A DNA stretch of 64,000 nucleotides from Octopus vulgaris (Eukaryota): contig OX597814.1 in assembly GCA_951406725.2 (NCBI GenBank), forward strand, positions 140,120,001 to 140,184,000. The letters are read 5' to 3'. The position numbers and the translations under genes are program-made. How positions within the stretch are numbered: the first letter of the stretch is position 1; each line of letters starts with the position of its first letter. Of this stretch, positions 12,296 to 26,357 are shown one piece after another. Below the pieces are notes generated by a model. That model ran no database searches. It worked only from the letters and a program-made list of their open reading frames with translations, and was not told where the DNA came from.

Positions 12296-15200
12296 CTGGA
12301 ACAATAACCAGTGGCTTATGGTGATTGTTGTATTGGGTGTGCTGCCACACCCAATGCCACCATATTTCAAGCAGGGGTATGACAAAAGTTTCCCATTTAG
12401 ATTTGTGGTTTAATTAATGAGTAAGGTTAATATTTATAATGAATTTGTCATTTTCAATGAGTGTGCAGGACATACCTAGCACATCCGGAATATACACCCC
12501 TGACAATAACAGCACCAAACTCACTGATCTTAAGGGCCTGCAAAGTTCATGAGCAGTGCTCTCTCTTTCAGATTCACTAAGTAAAAAAAAAAAATGAAAA
12601 ACTATAAATATTTTAAACTGTTTCTTTTTTCTTATTTTGTACATTGCTGCAAACTTGAATCTGGGGCTAAAATATGTGTGTAGATCTCTTCATGTATGTA
12701 TATTTGATAGCTGTAAGCATTTTTGTATCTATCTTTCTGTTAGCTTGTCAGTATGTTTGTGTGTATTATAAACTAAATTACAAGCCCAAACTTCAAGTTT
12801 TGTACAGTCAGCTTTTATGGTTGACCATATTCATCCATGCATTCTTTTGAAATACATTTGTAGATACATACGTGACATACACACACATCTATAGATAGAT
12901 ATGCACACATATATCTAGAGACAGATATGTACATGCACACATGCATACATACAACGGATGTAGAGTGGGAAATTGGGAATATGCACTAATTAACACAGTC
13001 ACAATACACTTTTAATTATTAGCTTTCAAAATTTTCTCACATATTGATCTGACATTTTTTCTTAAACTATTCAGAAATGTCTGTTTTGATTTCAACTCCA
13101 GAATCTTTGTGAAAACATCTGTTAATTTAACTGACAAAATGTTACATGCTACAGTTACTTTTTGAAAGCACACACACAAACAAATTAATAAATCTTATAA
13201 AAGAAAACACTTAAAACATAATGAAAACAAAATCTTTCATAAAATGCACCTCTAATAATAACAGAACAGAAAAAGCTGTAATTATATTTTTCAAAAATTA
13301 ACCCTGTGTTCAAATAACAAGTGACAAGCAAGATATAGCAAGTGAAACTTTGTTATAATAGAAGCCCCTAGCATACTTGGGATTCTATTTTTCATTGTTG
13401 CATCACTGAAAATTTTCTTTGGATTCACTCGTGCCTTTTTTTCTTTCTTATACAATAAAGCATTAAATTTCTTTCATCATTTTTCATAGATACTCCAGGT
13501 CCTTGTAAATTTTCAGGCAACATTTTGTAGTAATGAGGTTATTTTGCCAACTCTTTGGGACACAAGCTATGTTGTCAATTGTTGAATGTTTTTAGCTGTG
13601 TTATTGTTCTTCTGGTTGTTATTGTTGTTCTTGATGATGATGTTGTTCATAAGACCAGCTGTGATTGGTAATAATTGAGCAGGTCTATAGTCAAAAGTAT
13701 TCAGGTTTGGTGATGCAAACAGGAAAAATAGAATCCAAGCATGTGTGTGTATTAATATTTAGCAGAAGCAACAGAGGGACTCAAAGGCTGAGAGTTTTGT
13801 GTGTTAACACTTATCAAACTAGTTCTAATCAAAAGTATTCTAGTTTATATGCACCTGTCTTTTTAGGGATATGTCAGATGACAGTATTTAATATGACCAT
13901 CCCCTTTTAAAGACAATTAGGTGTCTGCTATATAGATGTCAGAGCAGTTTCCCATTGTGGGTATCCCTTTTGTTTTGGAAACTGAGAGAACAATTTGTTT
14001 GGAGCTGAAGTGTTTTCTGCCTGTGAAAAGGAAAGCCAGTCATTTTTTATGCAGTTTTTGTTATAAATATGGTATTACTAGAGGTAGCCATTAGTGATTT
14101 TTCTCTACATAGTGTATTTACTCATGTGTAAGTCAAAACCCTAATTTAGTGTGAAATCTAAATACAAAATTTCTTGCTTTCATATTCAAACTTGATATCA
14201 GCTTTGTTTGATATGTATGTTGCACTCCAGTTTTTAAAATAGTATGACTTATATTCAAGTAGTACAGTGTATATAATCCCAGATACCTTATAGTTAAGGG
14301 GGAAGAAGGTGAGGTGATTTCAATTGAGACACTGCTGATCATCAATCTATTTGATTAAGTTTGGCATGGGACTAAACAACAACTAAGGTCACAGGTTTTT
14401 CTCTTTAGATAAGCAAAAAAAAAAACCCACCTGACATAATTTAACAAATTACAGTTATACATTGTACATTGATTTCTAACTATTGTGGCTATAATGAATT
14501 TGTGTTTTGTGAAAGTGAACATGCTTATGAAGTGAATATACTACCATGGTTGTTGATTTTAACCTACAGTGTTCAATAATTGTTCTACAATATTGTTTGT
14601 TGTAATTATTTTAATAAATATTAAACTGGCTGATTTTTACTCATTTTTATCTCTGTAATAGAAAATGATAGTCAGGTAGTCCTTTATCATGATTATTATT
14701 GAACCAGAAAAATTAGGTTGTTGAATTAAGAAATATATTACGAAAGATTTATTGTGGATATCAAGTTGACTAGTTTGGCCAGTTAGATTGAAATCCCAGC
14801 CAATTTGATCTTCACAATAATTTTAACCAGTCTCAGCATAAAATCACCCCATCAGTAACTATTCCATTGTTATTCTTAAACCTGCTTTAAAATTATGAAT
14901 TTTCCAATTAAAATTGATACAATATCTTTTTAAGCACATCTGCAAATTTGGATATATGTACATAATAGCTTGGTAACTAATCAGGTTGTTAGAACATTAT
15001 TACCCTGAAATATATCTTTATATTTAGATTCTAAGTTGATAATCAAAGAACAGTTTGTTTTTTTTATGTACATGTAAAAAAAAATGAATAATCTCATTTA
15101 TGAAATACTCCAGACACTCTCTCCCCCATGAAATATACATTTATTATCTTTGTAACTTTGTAGACAAATAATCTAAATTTGTTGCTTCCAGTGTTAAAGT

Positions 15201-16816
15201 GAAACAAAAGAAAAATGTATTTGGTTTTGTGTGTGTGTCTGTGTTGTATATATGTGTGTGTATGTATGTATATATATGTGTGTGTGTGTGTGTGTCTGAG
15301 TACATATATGTGATGCATATATATATGTGAGTGTGTATTAACTCACTAGTCCTGTCCCTATTGTTATATACACACCATATTCAAAATGAATAAGCATAGG
15401 ATCATAATCTAAATGTATTTCACAACTGTTATGTCTATCATAAGAAAATGATTGCCATTGGATATGTTCATAAAAACTCTTCATTCTCTTACATCTTCTT
15501 GTTGATGTCATTTGTATTCTTCTATTAATGCCATCAAATGTTGTTGAGATTCTTTATGAATATCTTCAAATGCTGATTGTGTTTCACTTATATAAGCAGC
15601 TTATCAAACATACTTTACTTCTTACTAATAAAGAAAGAAAAGAAAAGAAACACTTCTACAGCCAGTCTACCTTTTTCTTTTTTCTTCTTTACAATTTACA
15701 ACAGCTACCATTCATTTACAAGTTTTCATTTGCAATCATTTATATTTCCTCTTTGTCTTTCAGCTCAATTGTATCCTCTCTTCTTTTTAGCTCTCTTTCT
15801 TTCACCTGATTAGTTATTATTTGGAACATAATGCTTAGAAGTGTAATTAGTTGTTTTGACTTAAATGGTTTAAATAACATTTGTATCCTAAATTACAATT
15901 AAACATGTACGTATGTCATATCAGAGCCCTGAAGCTTGGAATATTGATTGCATTAATTAGCAAACAAATTCTAAAATGATTTTATTCAGTATGTATATAT
16001 ATTTACCAGCTTGCTTGTGTGTATTTGCGTACCTTGTGTATGAGTGAGTGAATGTGTGTATGTTGTAAACATTTTCATTTGATAAAACAGATCCATGCAA
16101 GCGCATATGATGACCACAACATCAAGGGGTTGTGAGAAACTGCCAGTATCATTGTCCCAGTAAGGTCATATAAAATCACTCGCATGTGTATACAAGCACA
16201 AATGCTTAAGTTTGATGTGATCTTTCTTATGACAAAATTTGTTTTCATCGAGAAATATCATTGTTATAGCAAAGACATCATTAATTTAACTGTCTGCAGC
16301 CAACCTTGTTGATTTTGTGTGAAAGCCTACAATGTCACTTCTGCTTGTGTTTGGAATTAAATTTTTTTTTCTCCATGGCTACTAGAGAAGAATTTAAAGG
16401 ATTTTTTTGTTTGTTTACTTTTTTTCTTTTCCTTTGCAAGAATTGTCAGCAAAATTTTAAGCCAGAGCATCTATAGTCAACAAAAGACAAAAACAAGAAT
16501 CACAATACTGGTTTCAAAACAGTTTTCAGTGTTTACAAACATTAACAAAGCCTATCAAATATTTTATTTATTTATTATTTTTGTGAACCAAAAAGCAAAA
16601 AAAAAAAAAAAAAGCTCTTCATCAGCCATCTTTTTCAGTCCATTTTCTTTCAATACGTCATATCATGGCTTCTCTCATTCTCCAGCCAGGAAGCTCTCCA
16701 ATCTGGAGATCCAAATTTTGCTGCATATTGCTGTCTTTCTTCACAATTTGTGATCAAGTGTAAACTTCAACACGTGATCCTACTCTACGATTTCCAGCAT
16801 GCACCACCTCCTTGAA

Positions 16817-16831
16817 ATGAGAACTTTATGG
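16817..16831 (+). CDS. Candidate alternative first coding exon (isoform b) of the SLC4 anion exchanger, MRTLW; 5' UTR probably extends upstream
   Basis: gaaATG AGA ACT TTA TGG|GTGAGT: purine at -3 and a consensus donor in phase 0 matching the acceptor at 40470. The preceding sequence is non-repetitive and less AT-rich. Confidence 0.4.
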
Positions 16832-18425
16832 GTGAGTTCTGTCAGACCCCCCTCCCACATACCCAACCTGTGCTGAAAATTTGGTTTTCTGATTTGTAAT
16901 GTCTGTAGCTGGTGATAAGCATGCTGTATTGAATAAACTACCTATCATGTAGTTCTTCTTTGTTTCTTCCTAGTAGTTATGTCTTTGATGCTCAATGTCA
17001 CAATAATGTTGTTGATCTTGAGAAGAAAATTATATTTTGTAGTTATACCAGTGAAATTATGGATACCAACAGAAAAATATCAAAATAATGGATGTAATAG
17101 TATTGTGTTTCACACACGTCTGTTTAGTATGTGTGCATGTGAGTTTTGCATGTAAATATGATTACCATGTATTATAAAGCATGTTCTTTGTATCCTGTTG
17201 GATGTGAAGATACTACCAACTACCATCTACATATACTAAAGAAAGAAATGAGCCATTCAAAGGAGGTCATTCAATCTTGGAAGGTTGCTTTGTGAAATAT
17301 AATAAAAAATATAATCAGTGCTAGTTATTGCAGCTGCTGTATTTAAAGTGTTGCACGGTGAGCAATGACTTGAGATTTAAACCTTTGAGAAACTACTTTT
17401 AGAATATCCAAATGCCATAATCTTTGAATTTAAATGTCTCTTGGATTTAGATATATATATATTAAAACCAGAAGAGAGAAATATGTTGGTTTTTTTTATA
17501 AGATTCCTAAAAGGAGCCTCCAATAATCACCAGATATGCTCCATATTTGAATTTAATTAATATTAACTAAAACTGGATATATTCAAATTCTTTATATTTA
17601 AAATCAGTCAACACTTTGTTTCAACCTATTGTTATATCTGGAACCAATAACCTTTCTGTAAAGTCTACAATGTCATTTTTGTTTTAAAATGTTTTAGCTT
17701 GTATGACCTATTACTATATGAGGTTAAGCTACTTTTATGAAACATACAGCTTCTACAGCAACATAAATGTTAGTCCACTTAGGAACTTTGATCACTCGCT
17801 CTGAAATTTGCCATCAGCTCTGGCACAGACATAGGAATCCCTATACAGTTGCTTCACTGCTAGGAGTAACATACATCCAAGTCTCCCTCAAGCTGTATTC
17901 TATCATCTTGAGGAAAGAAAGCCACATTAATTAATATAGTCTGAGGTAAACTATGCCTTACAAAAAGAGTTGGATATTTGTCGATGGAATGTTTCTCATT
18001 CTAGATCTGCTCAATTGGCTTGAGCAGTCAAAGCAACCAGAATGCGTTTGTACTACAATAAAGTACCATGGATCCTTATGATAGAAAAATAGGCCTAACA
18101 TGTTACCCAGTTCAGCATCTCTTCTTAAGATGATTCTCTTATTGTAGATTGCGGGTAAACCTGATAAAACTAAAGTATTCTAAGTTTATTAGGTATTTGG
18201 CTACCTTTAGTGAAATTTGCTCTACATTTTAGCTGGGAAGCATAGTACAATCTCTTGACGACAGCTTATTTCTACACCCCTTACATAACATAAAGAAAAG
18301 TTTTCCTTGCAAAGAAGCTCCACTTACAAATACAACAGTGTCTCAAAACCATGAGAAGCTGATTTTTCAATTGCTTCATAATCCCATACTCTCTTTGCCA
18401 TTCGTAATCTCAGCAAACACAGGAT

Positions 18426-19073
18426 GTTAACCCTTTTGATACCAATCTATATGAGACTGCTAATTAGTTCTATGACACAAACTTTGTGTTTTAAAGTAAC
18501 TTAAATTGAAACCTTCTATCAAAAAATTCCTGTTGGTTTGTTTCAAACAGCAGCTTAATGAGAAAATTATTTTACTGAAATTTTCATTATTTGAAAAATT
18601 AATTAAAAGAAAGGTGGTGTGCTTCAGCATGAATATATTTACAAAGGGATTCACTCAAGGCCGCTGACTTCCTCCTGTTAGGCTTATTATGGGGATTGAT
18701 TTATTGGTTAATAATTAATTATGGTTAATCGTTGTCCTCTTTTCTTTTTCCCAATCCACTAAAACAATTCCCCCAAAACTAAAACAATAAAGATAGTCAA
18801 ATATTAACAAAATGGTAATGATTCCACTAAACAATTTTGCCTCTTTTAACCCTTTTATTACCATATTTCTCTTGAAACACTCTGCTTTTATTTCAATTAA
18901 TTCAAAAAATAGTGAAGAATTTAGTAAAATAATTGGCACAATTAAGCTGGTGTTTGAAACATAAATTAACATGAAATTTTGATGGAAAGCTTTATATTAA
19001 ATCACTTTAAAAGAGGAAGTTTGCATCATAAAACCAGAGGTGGTCTCAAGCAGATTTGTATCAAAAGGGTTAG
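18426..19073. mobile_element. Two adjacent piggyBac-like (TTAACCCTTT) MITE copies of a second family
   Basis: ttaacccttttgatacc at ~18426, ttaacccttttattacc at ~18846, gtatcaaaagggtta at ~19059-19073. The two copies are in opposite orientation. Related copies at ~36145-36410 and ~56395-56625. Confidence 0.55.
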
Positions 19074-19583
19074 ATAAACATTTATAAACTTTAGTATAAC
19101 ACTGACCTTATTTACTTACCAATAAACAAAACCACAAACATTATTCCTGTTTGAGACACAAATTCTCATTCTCATCTCTCACCCATCTCTGCTGTTTAAA
19201 GTCCTTCTAAATTCCACCTCTTCTCCCCTAACATTCCTCAATCTTGGGGTCACAAAGTTCTGGTTGGAATCCCATCTATACTCATATTTTCCCTCCAAAC
19301 ATCTTCCTGTGGAAGTTCTTGGTGAACCTCAACCACGTGGATCTCATCAGTCTGAAATGACTTGCAAAGATCATAGGTTTCATTCCTCCCATTTCAACTA
19401 ATTAATAATTCAAACTTAAATTTTTTAGCCCACATAAAAAAAAAGATAAAGATCAGACAGTTCTTTAGTCAAAAACAGAAGTTGTTTTTAAAATGATGTC
19501 ACTTGTAGACTATAGGATTTCATACAACTAGCTTTTCAATGATCAGCATATTCAAATTAACAGGTATATATGTGTATTCTTAA

Positions 19584-19617
<34 letters not shown>

Positions 19618-19618
<1 letters not shown>

Positions 19619-20260
19619 CATTGCCCATATCATGAACAAATGCCCCAGACTTGCCCAAAACCACTACAAGTTGTGGCGATATGATCAGGTAGCGAAAGTG
19701 CTACATTGGAAACTGTGCAAAAAGTGGGAGCTAGAGAGAGGCAAGATGATGGTATGAGCACAAACTGCAGAGAGTGGTGGAATCAGAGATGAGCAAAATC
19801 CTCTGGGATTTCCCAACCCAAACAGATCAGGTGCTAGAGCATAACAGGCTGGACCTAGTGGTAGTGGACAAGATGCACCACATATGCTGTATAGTTGATG
19901 TTACATGCCCCTTTGACCCACGAATAGTCAAGAAGGAAGGTGAAAAACTAGATAAATACAACTCTCTTAAGTACAAAATAACTTGGCTATGGAAAATGAA
20001 GAAGGTGAAGATAGTTCCAATTATTTTTGGGTCCTTAGGAAACAGTATCAGAAGGTATCAAGGGGAATATAAAGGAAATTGGAATAGAGTTCCCAGTAGA
20101 ACTGTTACAAAAGGCTTGCCTCCCTGGCACAGTTACAATAATCAGGAAGGTATTAGATAGGTGAAAAGAATGGATAGCATGGTACTATAGGCTGCAGGTA
20201 GCAAGCCTGCTATGCATGTAAGAGTCCAGGAGCACCAACAAAACCTGTGATAAAGAGAAA
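19618..20260 (+). mobile_element. 3' portion of an R4/Dong-like non-LTR retrotransposon (restriction-like endonuclease)
   Basis: HIMNKCPRLAQNHYKLWRYDQVAKVLHWKLCKKW (end of the zinc knuckle plus RH motif), then ORF 19774-20160 with KILWDFPTQTD..HNRLDLVVVDK..IVDVTCPFD..KEGEKLDKY (PD..D..K motifs). Begins right after (TAA)n at 19585-19617. Confidence 0.85.
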
Positions 20261-20261
20261 T

Positions 20262-20437
20262 AATGATGATCATCATCATCATCATCATCGTCGTTAACGT
20301 CCGTTCTCCATGCTAGCATGGGTTGGACGGTTCGACCGGGGTTCTGGGAAGCCAGAAGGCTGCACCAGGCTCCAGTCTAATCTGGCAATGTTTCTACAGC
20401 TGGATGCCCTTCCTAACGCCAACCACTCCGTGAGTGT
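20262..20437 (-). mobile_element. RTE-related (GAT)n-tailed element end
   Basis: (CAT)n then cgttaacgtccgttctccatgctagcatgggttggacgg ... tggatgcccttcctaacgccaacc. Confidence 0.8.
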
Positions 20438-20456
20438 ATGATAGTAATAATAATAA

Positions 20457-20698
20457 AACCCCTTATTAAGGTACCTTTTGAGCAGGATGGGTTACTCAAC
20501 CAGAAGAAAATTCTAACTGGGCCCCATCTACAAGGTCATGTGCTGTTTATCTTGATATGAGATCACCATGTCGTGCACACTTGGTTGTGATGCATGTGCC
20601 TAGTGTACCCTTATCAGACGGGTAGTCATGATGGGTATACTGGGCTTCGTATATTTTACCCCAGTGTCACTTTGATGGCATGCACTGCTCTCTCACTC

Positions 20699-20742
<44 letters not shown>

Positions 20743-20746
20743 TAAT
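20457..20746 (+). mobile_element. GC-richer module ending in (TAA)n; probably the 3' UTR of a TAA-targeting LINE
   Basis: Bounded by (TAA)n on both sides (20445-20456 and 20699-20746); ends ctctctcactc-aataataat. Confidence 0.45.
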
Positions 20747-22468
20747 TGGGTGGCAAGCCTATCTAATATCACAACCTTATCTAGAATTAATTTCGGTGCA
20801 AGCATTTGAACAGAGTATCTCTTTTCTGTCTTTGTACTTGCTTTTCTTACAGATGTTAAGGCTGAGCATCAGCTGCTTCACTTTTAACAGTCAGAAACAT
20901 TTCCCCTTCTATTAAGTTACAAAAATTAAATTAACTTCTTTTTACAGATAGATTACATATATTTTAACTGAGCTTTTTTTGTCTCTGATTTTATTTAAGA
21001 CTTTATTTAGCATAATTAAAGAAAAATAGAAAATATTTACTAAATAATATATAAATATTTGATTGTTTACATATTCTAAATTTAATATTAATCTTCTTTT
21101 CTTTATCTTCTGACACAAAATAAACAGTATTTTAAATTAAAGGGTCAACAAATGTCTCATTTTTCTGAAATCGTGTTTTTAGAGTATGTGGTTTATGCCT
21201 CTATATATAGATATATTGTAGAAGGAGAATAAAAATTTAATTTTAGCAATTACATTGAGGAACAGCCATTCTAACCATTTAATAACATACAAAGCTGTTA
21301 CATTTACTTCTGATTTTAACACCTCGTGGAATAAATTTAAAATTTAGAATGAATTTAATAGCTTTGTATGTTATTAAATTACTAAATGACTCTTCTGCAA
21401 TGCAGCTACCTCAGTTTCAATACGTTATTCAGATTAAGTCATTTGTTGGACGAGCACAACTCTTTTCTTTTCTTTTTTTTCTTTCCAATTGGTATATTAC
21501 TTCAATAAAGTAATATTCTGATTTAATAAAATAAAGAATTTTGCACCAAATCTGTTTATCATTTATCCCATCATTCTGACATGATGTATTTACTATTGTA
21601 ACAATGTTTTTTTTTTTTATTATTACACAGTGATCGAAAGGTTAGGCACTCATTTTTTAATTATGTAGTTAACACTAAGCAATTAATATGTTAAAAACAA
21701 AACTTCTTAAAATTTTTGCTCGCCCTTTTTTGTTTCATTACCTGTGACAATTGTAAAAAGAAGGGTTCCATTTTTACTCAAGTAAATGTGTAAGTCAGAC
21801 CTCTAATTTAATGTTAAATTTTGGTACAAAATATTTTGCCAATTTCTGGCTTAGTCCAGTGGATAAGTTGCACCCCAGGTTTGTTTTTTTCAGTTAAATC
21901 AAGTGTAAAATATTATAACTTATACACAAATATATACAAAAATAAATAAAGATGGCAAAAAAAATTTTTTTTAATAAAAAATGCAAGTGAACAACAATAA
22001 GGTTTTGTTTTCTTAATTTTATATTAATTAACTGAAGTCAATGTTTATAAGAACTCTTCAAACTAGTTGCTAAATAGTTTATTCAAAACAAAGGAGATCA
22101 TTCCTTTTGAGGATGTTTGGTCTTTGAAACAAACTCATTTACTCCAAACTACAAGCTATTTAAATTTATTAGGAATTAAATTTTAATCACTGAATTAGAA
22201 TTTATTTTGATAAGATGAAGCATACTATGATGTTAAATGTTCTCCTTTGAAAATCATTTCAGACCCATTCATTTAAACACAAAATGTGTTATACCACCAT
22301 GTAGACATGTGGATTATAAAAAAAGGAAAACTATAAAAAAAATTATCTTTCAGTGTCTGAAAGTTGCCATGCATGACACTAAGTGTCTATAGAAGAGTAA
22401 TGCCTGCAATATAGTTTATATTCTTGACAAACCTGCATTAGTAGACCTCCCTATGTATGTGTGTGTGT

Positions 22469-22500
<32 letters not shown>

Positions 22501-22777
22501 GTTATTTGTTAGCTTAGTTCTGTGCAAGATTGGGTGAGGTATCTACTGTGAATATCATTTAACAATTGAATATTAAATATTTCTTCCAGTGCAGAATGAA
22601 TATCGGTTAAAATAACTTTATAGAATGTATTAGGGTGTTCAGAAATTAATTATGTATTTTGAGAAGGACAAGAAAAACAGATGACTGTTTGATTCAATTA
22701 AATACCATTTATTAATAATGTAATCATTATTACTGACTGCAGCAAAAGTCAAAACTTTGATTCTTCATTCAAAAAAT

Positions 22778-22809
<32 letters not shown>

Positions 22810-24591
22810 GTTGAACAAAAATAACTTCACATATCAGATGCAATGTTTTCCTTGTTCCCTTGTGTTCTGCCACTTATGAAATGCTCAGCTGATCAAAGCA
22901 AGAGATAATCCATAGATCCAGTGAGTAATGACAGTGTAGAGCTTCAAATCTTAACAATCTTACTGTTTTTCAGGATTTATTTTTCCATCGTGCAAAACAC
23001 CTTTCCTGTTTACCATAAATGACAACTTTTGCTATAATGTTACATTGATATAATTAAGTTGCTGGCAATGTCTGCAATAATGGTCTTTCTTTGTCAGAAC
23101 ATTATAATGGACAACACTTGTGTATGTTTTATGAGACACATAGCAAGGACTCCTGTGAATGAAGTTCTCCTTTTGCTATTGGTATCAGTTTCTTATGTTC
23201 TGATAACCGCTATCTGTTTTTTTCTCTCTCTCTCTCTCTTAACATGCTATGTTCTATTTTTCAAGACCTGTAATGATGTGGTTCAGAAATGAATGATTGT
23301 TATTCCTTGTTAAGAGACTACTGCAGATAAGGGAATGTCGAGTCTCAAACAAGAGCTCATAAGGAAAACAAATCTCTTTGCATTTTTTCCCAATTTAAAT
23401 AAGACATTTGTGAACAGTTAAACATGACACTCTTTGTGCCAAGTTTCTTTGGCAAGGATATGTTTGATTCAGCTGTTTCTCTCGAAAGATTGTTGTCTAA
23501 AGTATTTCATCTTCAAGAACAAGATTCATAAGGAAGATCATTATCATTATTTCTAAACTTCTGAAAGCAAGATTGCTATTTATGAGCATTCACTGCATCA
23601 AGATATATTCTACAAATGTTTTTCTTGCTTTAGTTGCAGCACATTTTTTAAAAATTATACAGTAGACAACAGCGAATATATTGTTCTTTAAAGCCTTTAT
23701 CTCCCATGGGATTAAACTTTATTATAGACTATAAGTAATGAACTGTCAGATAGATGATAAACTAGATTTAACTGTTGTTTTCTATCATTTAAGCATTAGT
23801 TGTTTGAATTAGAAATTATAGCAATAAAATACAAAATTATTTTCTGATCACTCTGTACAATAATTAGTTGAACTGTTCTCAAAGAAAATATTAAACATTT
23901 TTTTTGTCTGTTTTATCCCTGCTGTTTGATATAAATACTAATTTTGTCACTCAAATTACAATTTTTTAAAAAATCAGAATTTATAAATACTGGTTTACTT
24001 TGATTATAAACAGTTCATATATTTGATTGTTTGAAGAGGCCTTCCTAGACCAAGGAGGAAAACTTGCTCATTTGGCGTTTAGGAGTGGAGATTGTATGTG
24101 TGATGGGGAGGAGAGAGATATATACAACTGCATAAGCAATCTCTGATGAAGAGCATATTTAGAATATTACAGCTCTTTAGTAATTGAGAATCAGCTTGTC
24201 CTCTTTCCATCATATATTACACCTCTCTCCTCCACAGCATGCCTGAAGTAATACTTCCTCTCAAGAATAGAAAACATTGGTATGAAACATTGTCCTAACA
24301 TCATCCTCAGCATCATCATCACCACCACTACCACTATGATCATGATCATCATCCTCATCAGCATCACAATACCTTGGACTGCTACAATCATTTCCAGAAG
24401 CTACTGTGATATTCTTTGCTTATATGTATTGCATCTAAAATGATTTGTTTCTCCTACAGTGCATTAAAGACCATAAATCAACTTCAACAAAGTTACATTA
24501 ATTTTGGAATAAATTGTCATTATCTCTTAAAAGATATTCTACAAAGTAATGAGAATTTCATGAACTTCAAAAAAAAATCAATATCTCTCTG

Positions 24592-24593
<2 letters not shown>

Positions 24594-24653
<60 letters not shown>
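24594..24653. repeat. (CT)n microsatellite
   Basis: Read directly from the sequence. Confidence 0.95.
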
Positions 24654-24660
<7 letters not shown>

Positions 24661-24846
24661 TGTTGGGCAGTATATTACTGGTTATGACATGTAACTGGTT
24701 AGAATGTCATCATCAGTTTCATGATGACTATTGCACATAACAATATTAACAATTTCTTCAGGCATGGTGGCCAGAAGTGTTTCTGTTTTATGAGTGAATG
24801 TAATAGATGGAAACTATCAGAAGCATGATGTGTGTGTGTGAGAGAA

Positions 24847-24880
<34 letters not shown>

Positions 24881-25533
24881 GGTGTATTTGTATGCCTTTA
24901 TATGTCCCTCACCGCTTGACAACTGGTGTAGGTTTGTTTATATCTCCATAACTTAGCAGCTCAGCTAAAAGAACCCTAGAGAATAAGCAACTTAGGTTAG
25001 TATCATTATGCCTTTTACACTGGTGGCCCTCCCCAGATTTGTCATTTATTCAAAAGCACAGTACAAAACTATTGTTTACAGGCAAAGGAAAGCAATAAAC
25101 AGAACTGATGCATTCTACCAATGAACCACTTCTCATGCCCTGACACAGATAACTCTATGAGAAAAGGAAATAAACAAACAATAAAGTCCTTTAATACAAA
25201 CTTATTTATATCCCTCTTGAAAAGCTGCAACTTGATGGCTGCAGGAAAAACATGAACAGGACAGAAATTAATAAAGTTGCAATAGCTTTTAGAAAGAGGA
25301 AACTGAATTATAGATATATGAGTGAGTCCCTTGTGCATCTGCAGCTCTAACTCTGCTTAATCACCACCAATATTGTTTCTTTCAATGCTAATCAGCAAGC
25401 TCTAGCTTCACAGTGATATTATATCTTCATTTTTGTTTTTTAATCTCTAATGCTAAAACTACAAAAATTGCTACAGAATTAAATCTATTTTGATATCATT
25501 TCAGTCTATGCTTTAATACAAAAAAAAATGTCT

Positions 25534-26357
25534 TTAACCCTTTAGCATTTGAACCAGCCATATCTGGCCAAAATATTCTACCTATTTTATGTTCATACTT
25601 GCCAAATCTAATGTTTTAACACCAACCCTACAACAATATCATTCTAAAAGATTAACAGTTACCTCATCAAAATCTCACAGTTACAAGATAATGCATGATT
25701 GTGAGCTGCTCTCCGGCTATCTATCTGAGGCTTTATATAGCTATGGTGCGGCCTCGCCTGGAAACTGTTCAGCAATGTGTAACCAAGAGAATACCCTCCA
25801 TCAGGCATTTGCTATATTCTGAACACCTTACTTCCCTGGGCATGGATACTTTGAAACTCCGACGTCTGGCAGCTGACTTGGCAGACACCCATAAAATCAT
25901 TAACCATCTTACTAACAATAACTCTGAGCACCTTTTCAAACTCCACCTGTCTAACACCCGTGGACATGTTTACAAAGTCAGAAAACAGCACAGCTCCCAT
26001 GACTTTTGGAAACATTTTTTCATGCTAAGAGTTGCTGAAGTATAGAACAAACTGCTGGCACCAGTTCTTAGTTGTCAGAGCACTGCATCCTTCAAAACTT
26101 CCATACTTCCTGAGATTCACCAACACTACACCTGATTTTCTCCCCTCCATACACACGCAAGCATGTATCTGACTCATACACTGTTCACTTTCCAGACATT
26201 TGTACATTACTGCATATGCATTATATGCACTTTTGACAAGTTGTGGTGCACCTGAGCACTGTATACAGTAATTTCATTATTATATTATTATAATTCAAAA
26301 CAATGTGAATAAATTAGCATTACTTTTGACAGAATAATGTGAATGCTCAAGGGTTAA
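25534..26357. mobile_element. piggyBac-like MITE interrupted by a CR1-type LINE
   Basis: TTAA-ccctttagcatt at 25534 and aatgctcaaggg-TTAA at 26357. The MITE sequence atgcatgatt|aattcaaaacaatgtg is split by the insert. Confidence 0.8.
25701..26290 (+). mobile_element. 3' end of a CR1-type LINE
   Basis: LRLYIAMVRPRLE...LKLRRLAADL...NTRGHVYKV...KHFFMLRV matches the CR1 ORF2 C-terminal motifs; (TTA)n tail. Confidence 0.85.

Noticed and set aside
24138-24190. CTGATGA-AGAGC...GCTCT, a possible additional hammerhead
   Set aside because: No GAAA follows stem II and no convincing stem I; at best a decayed relic.
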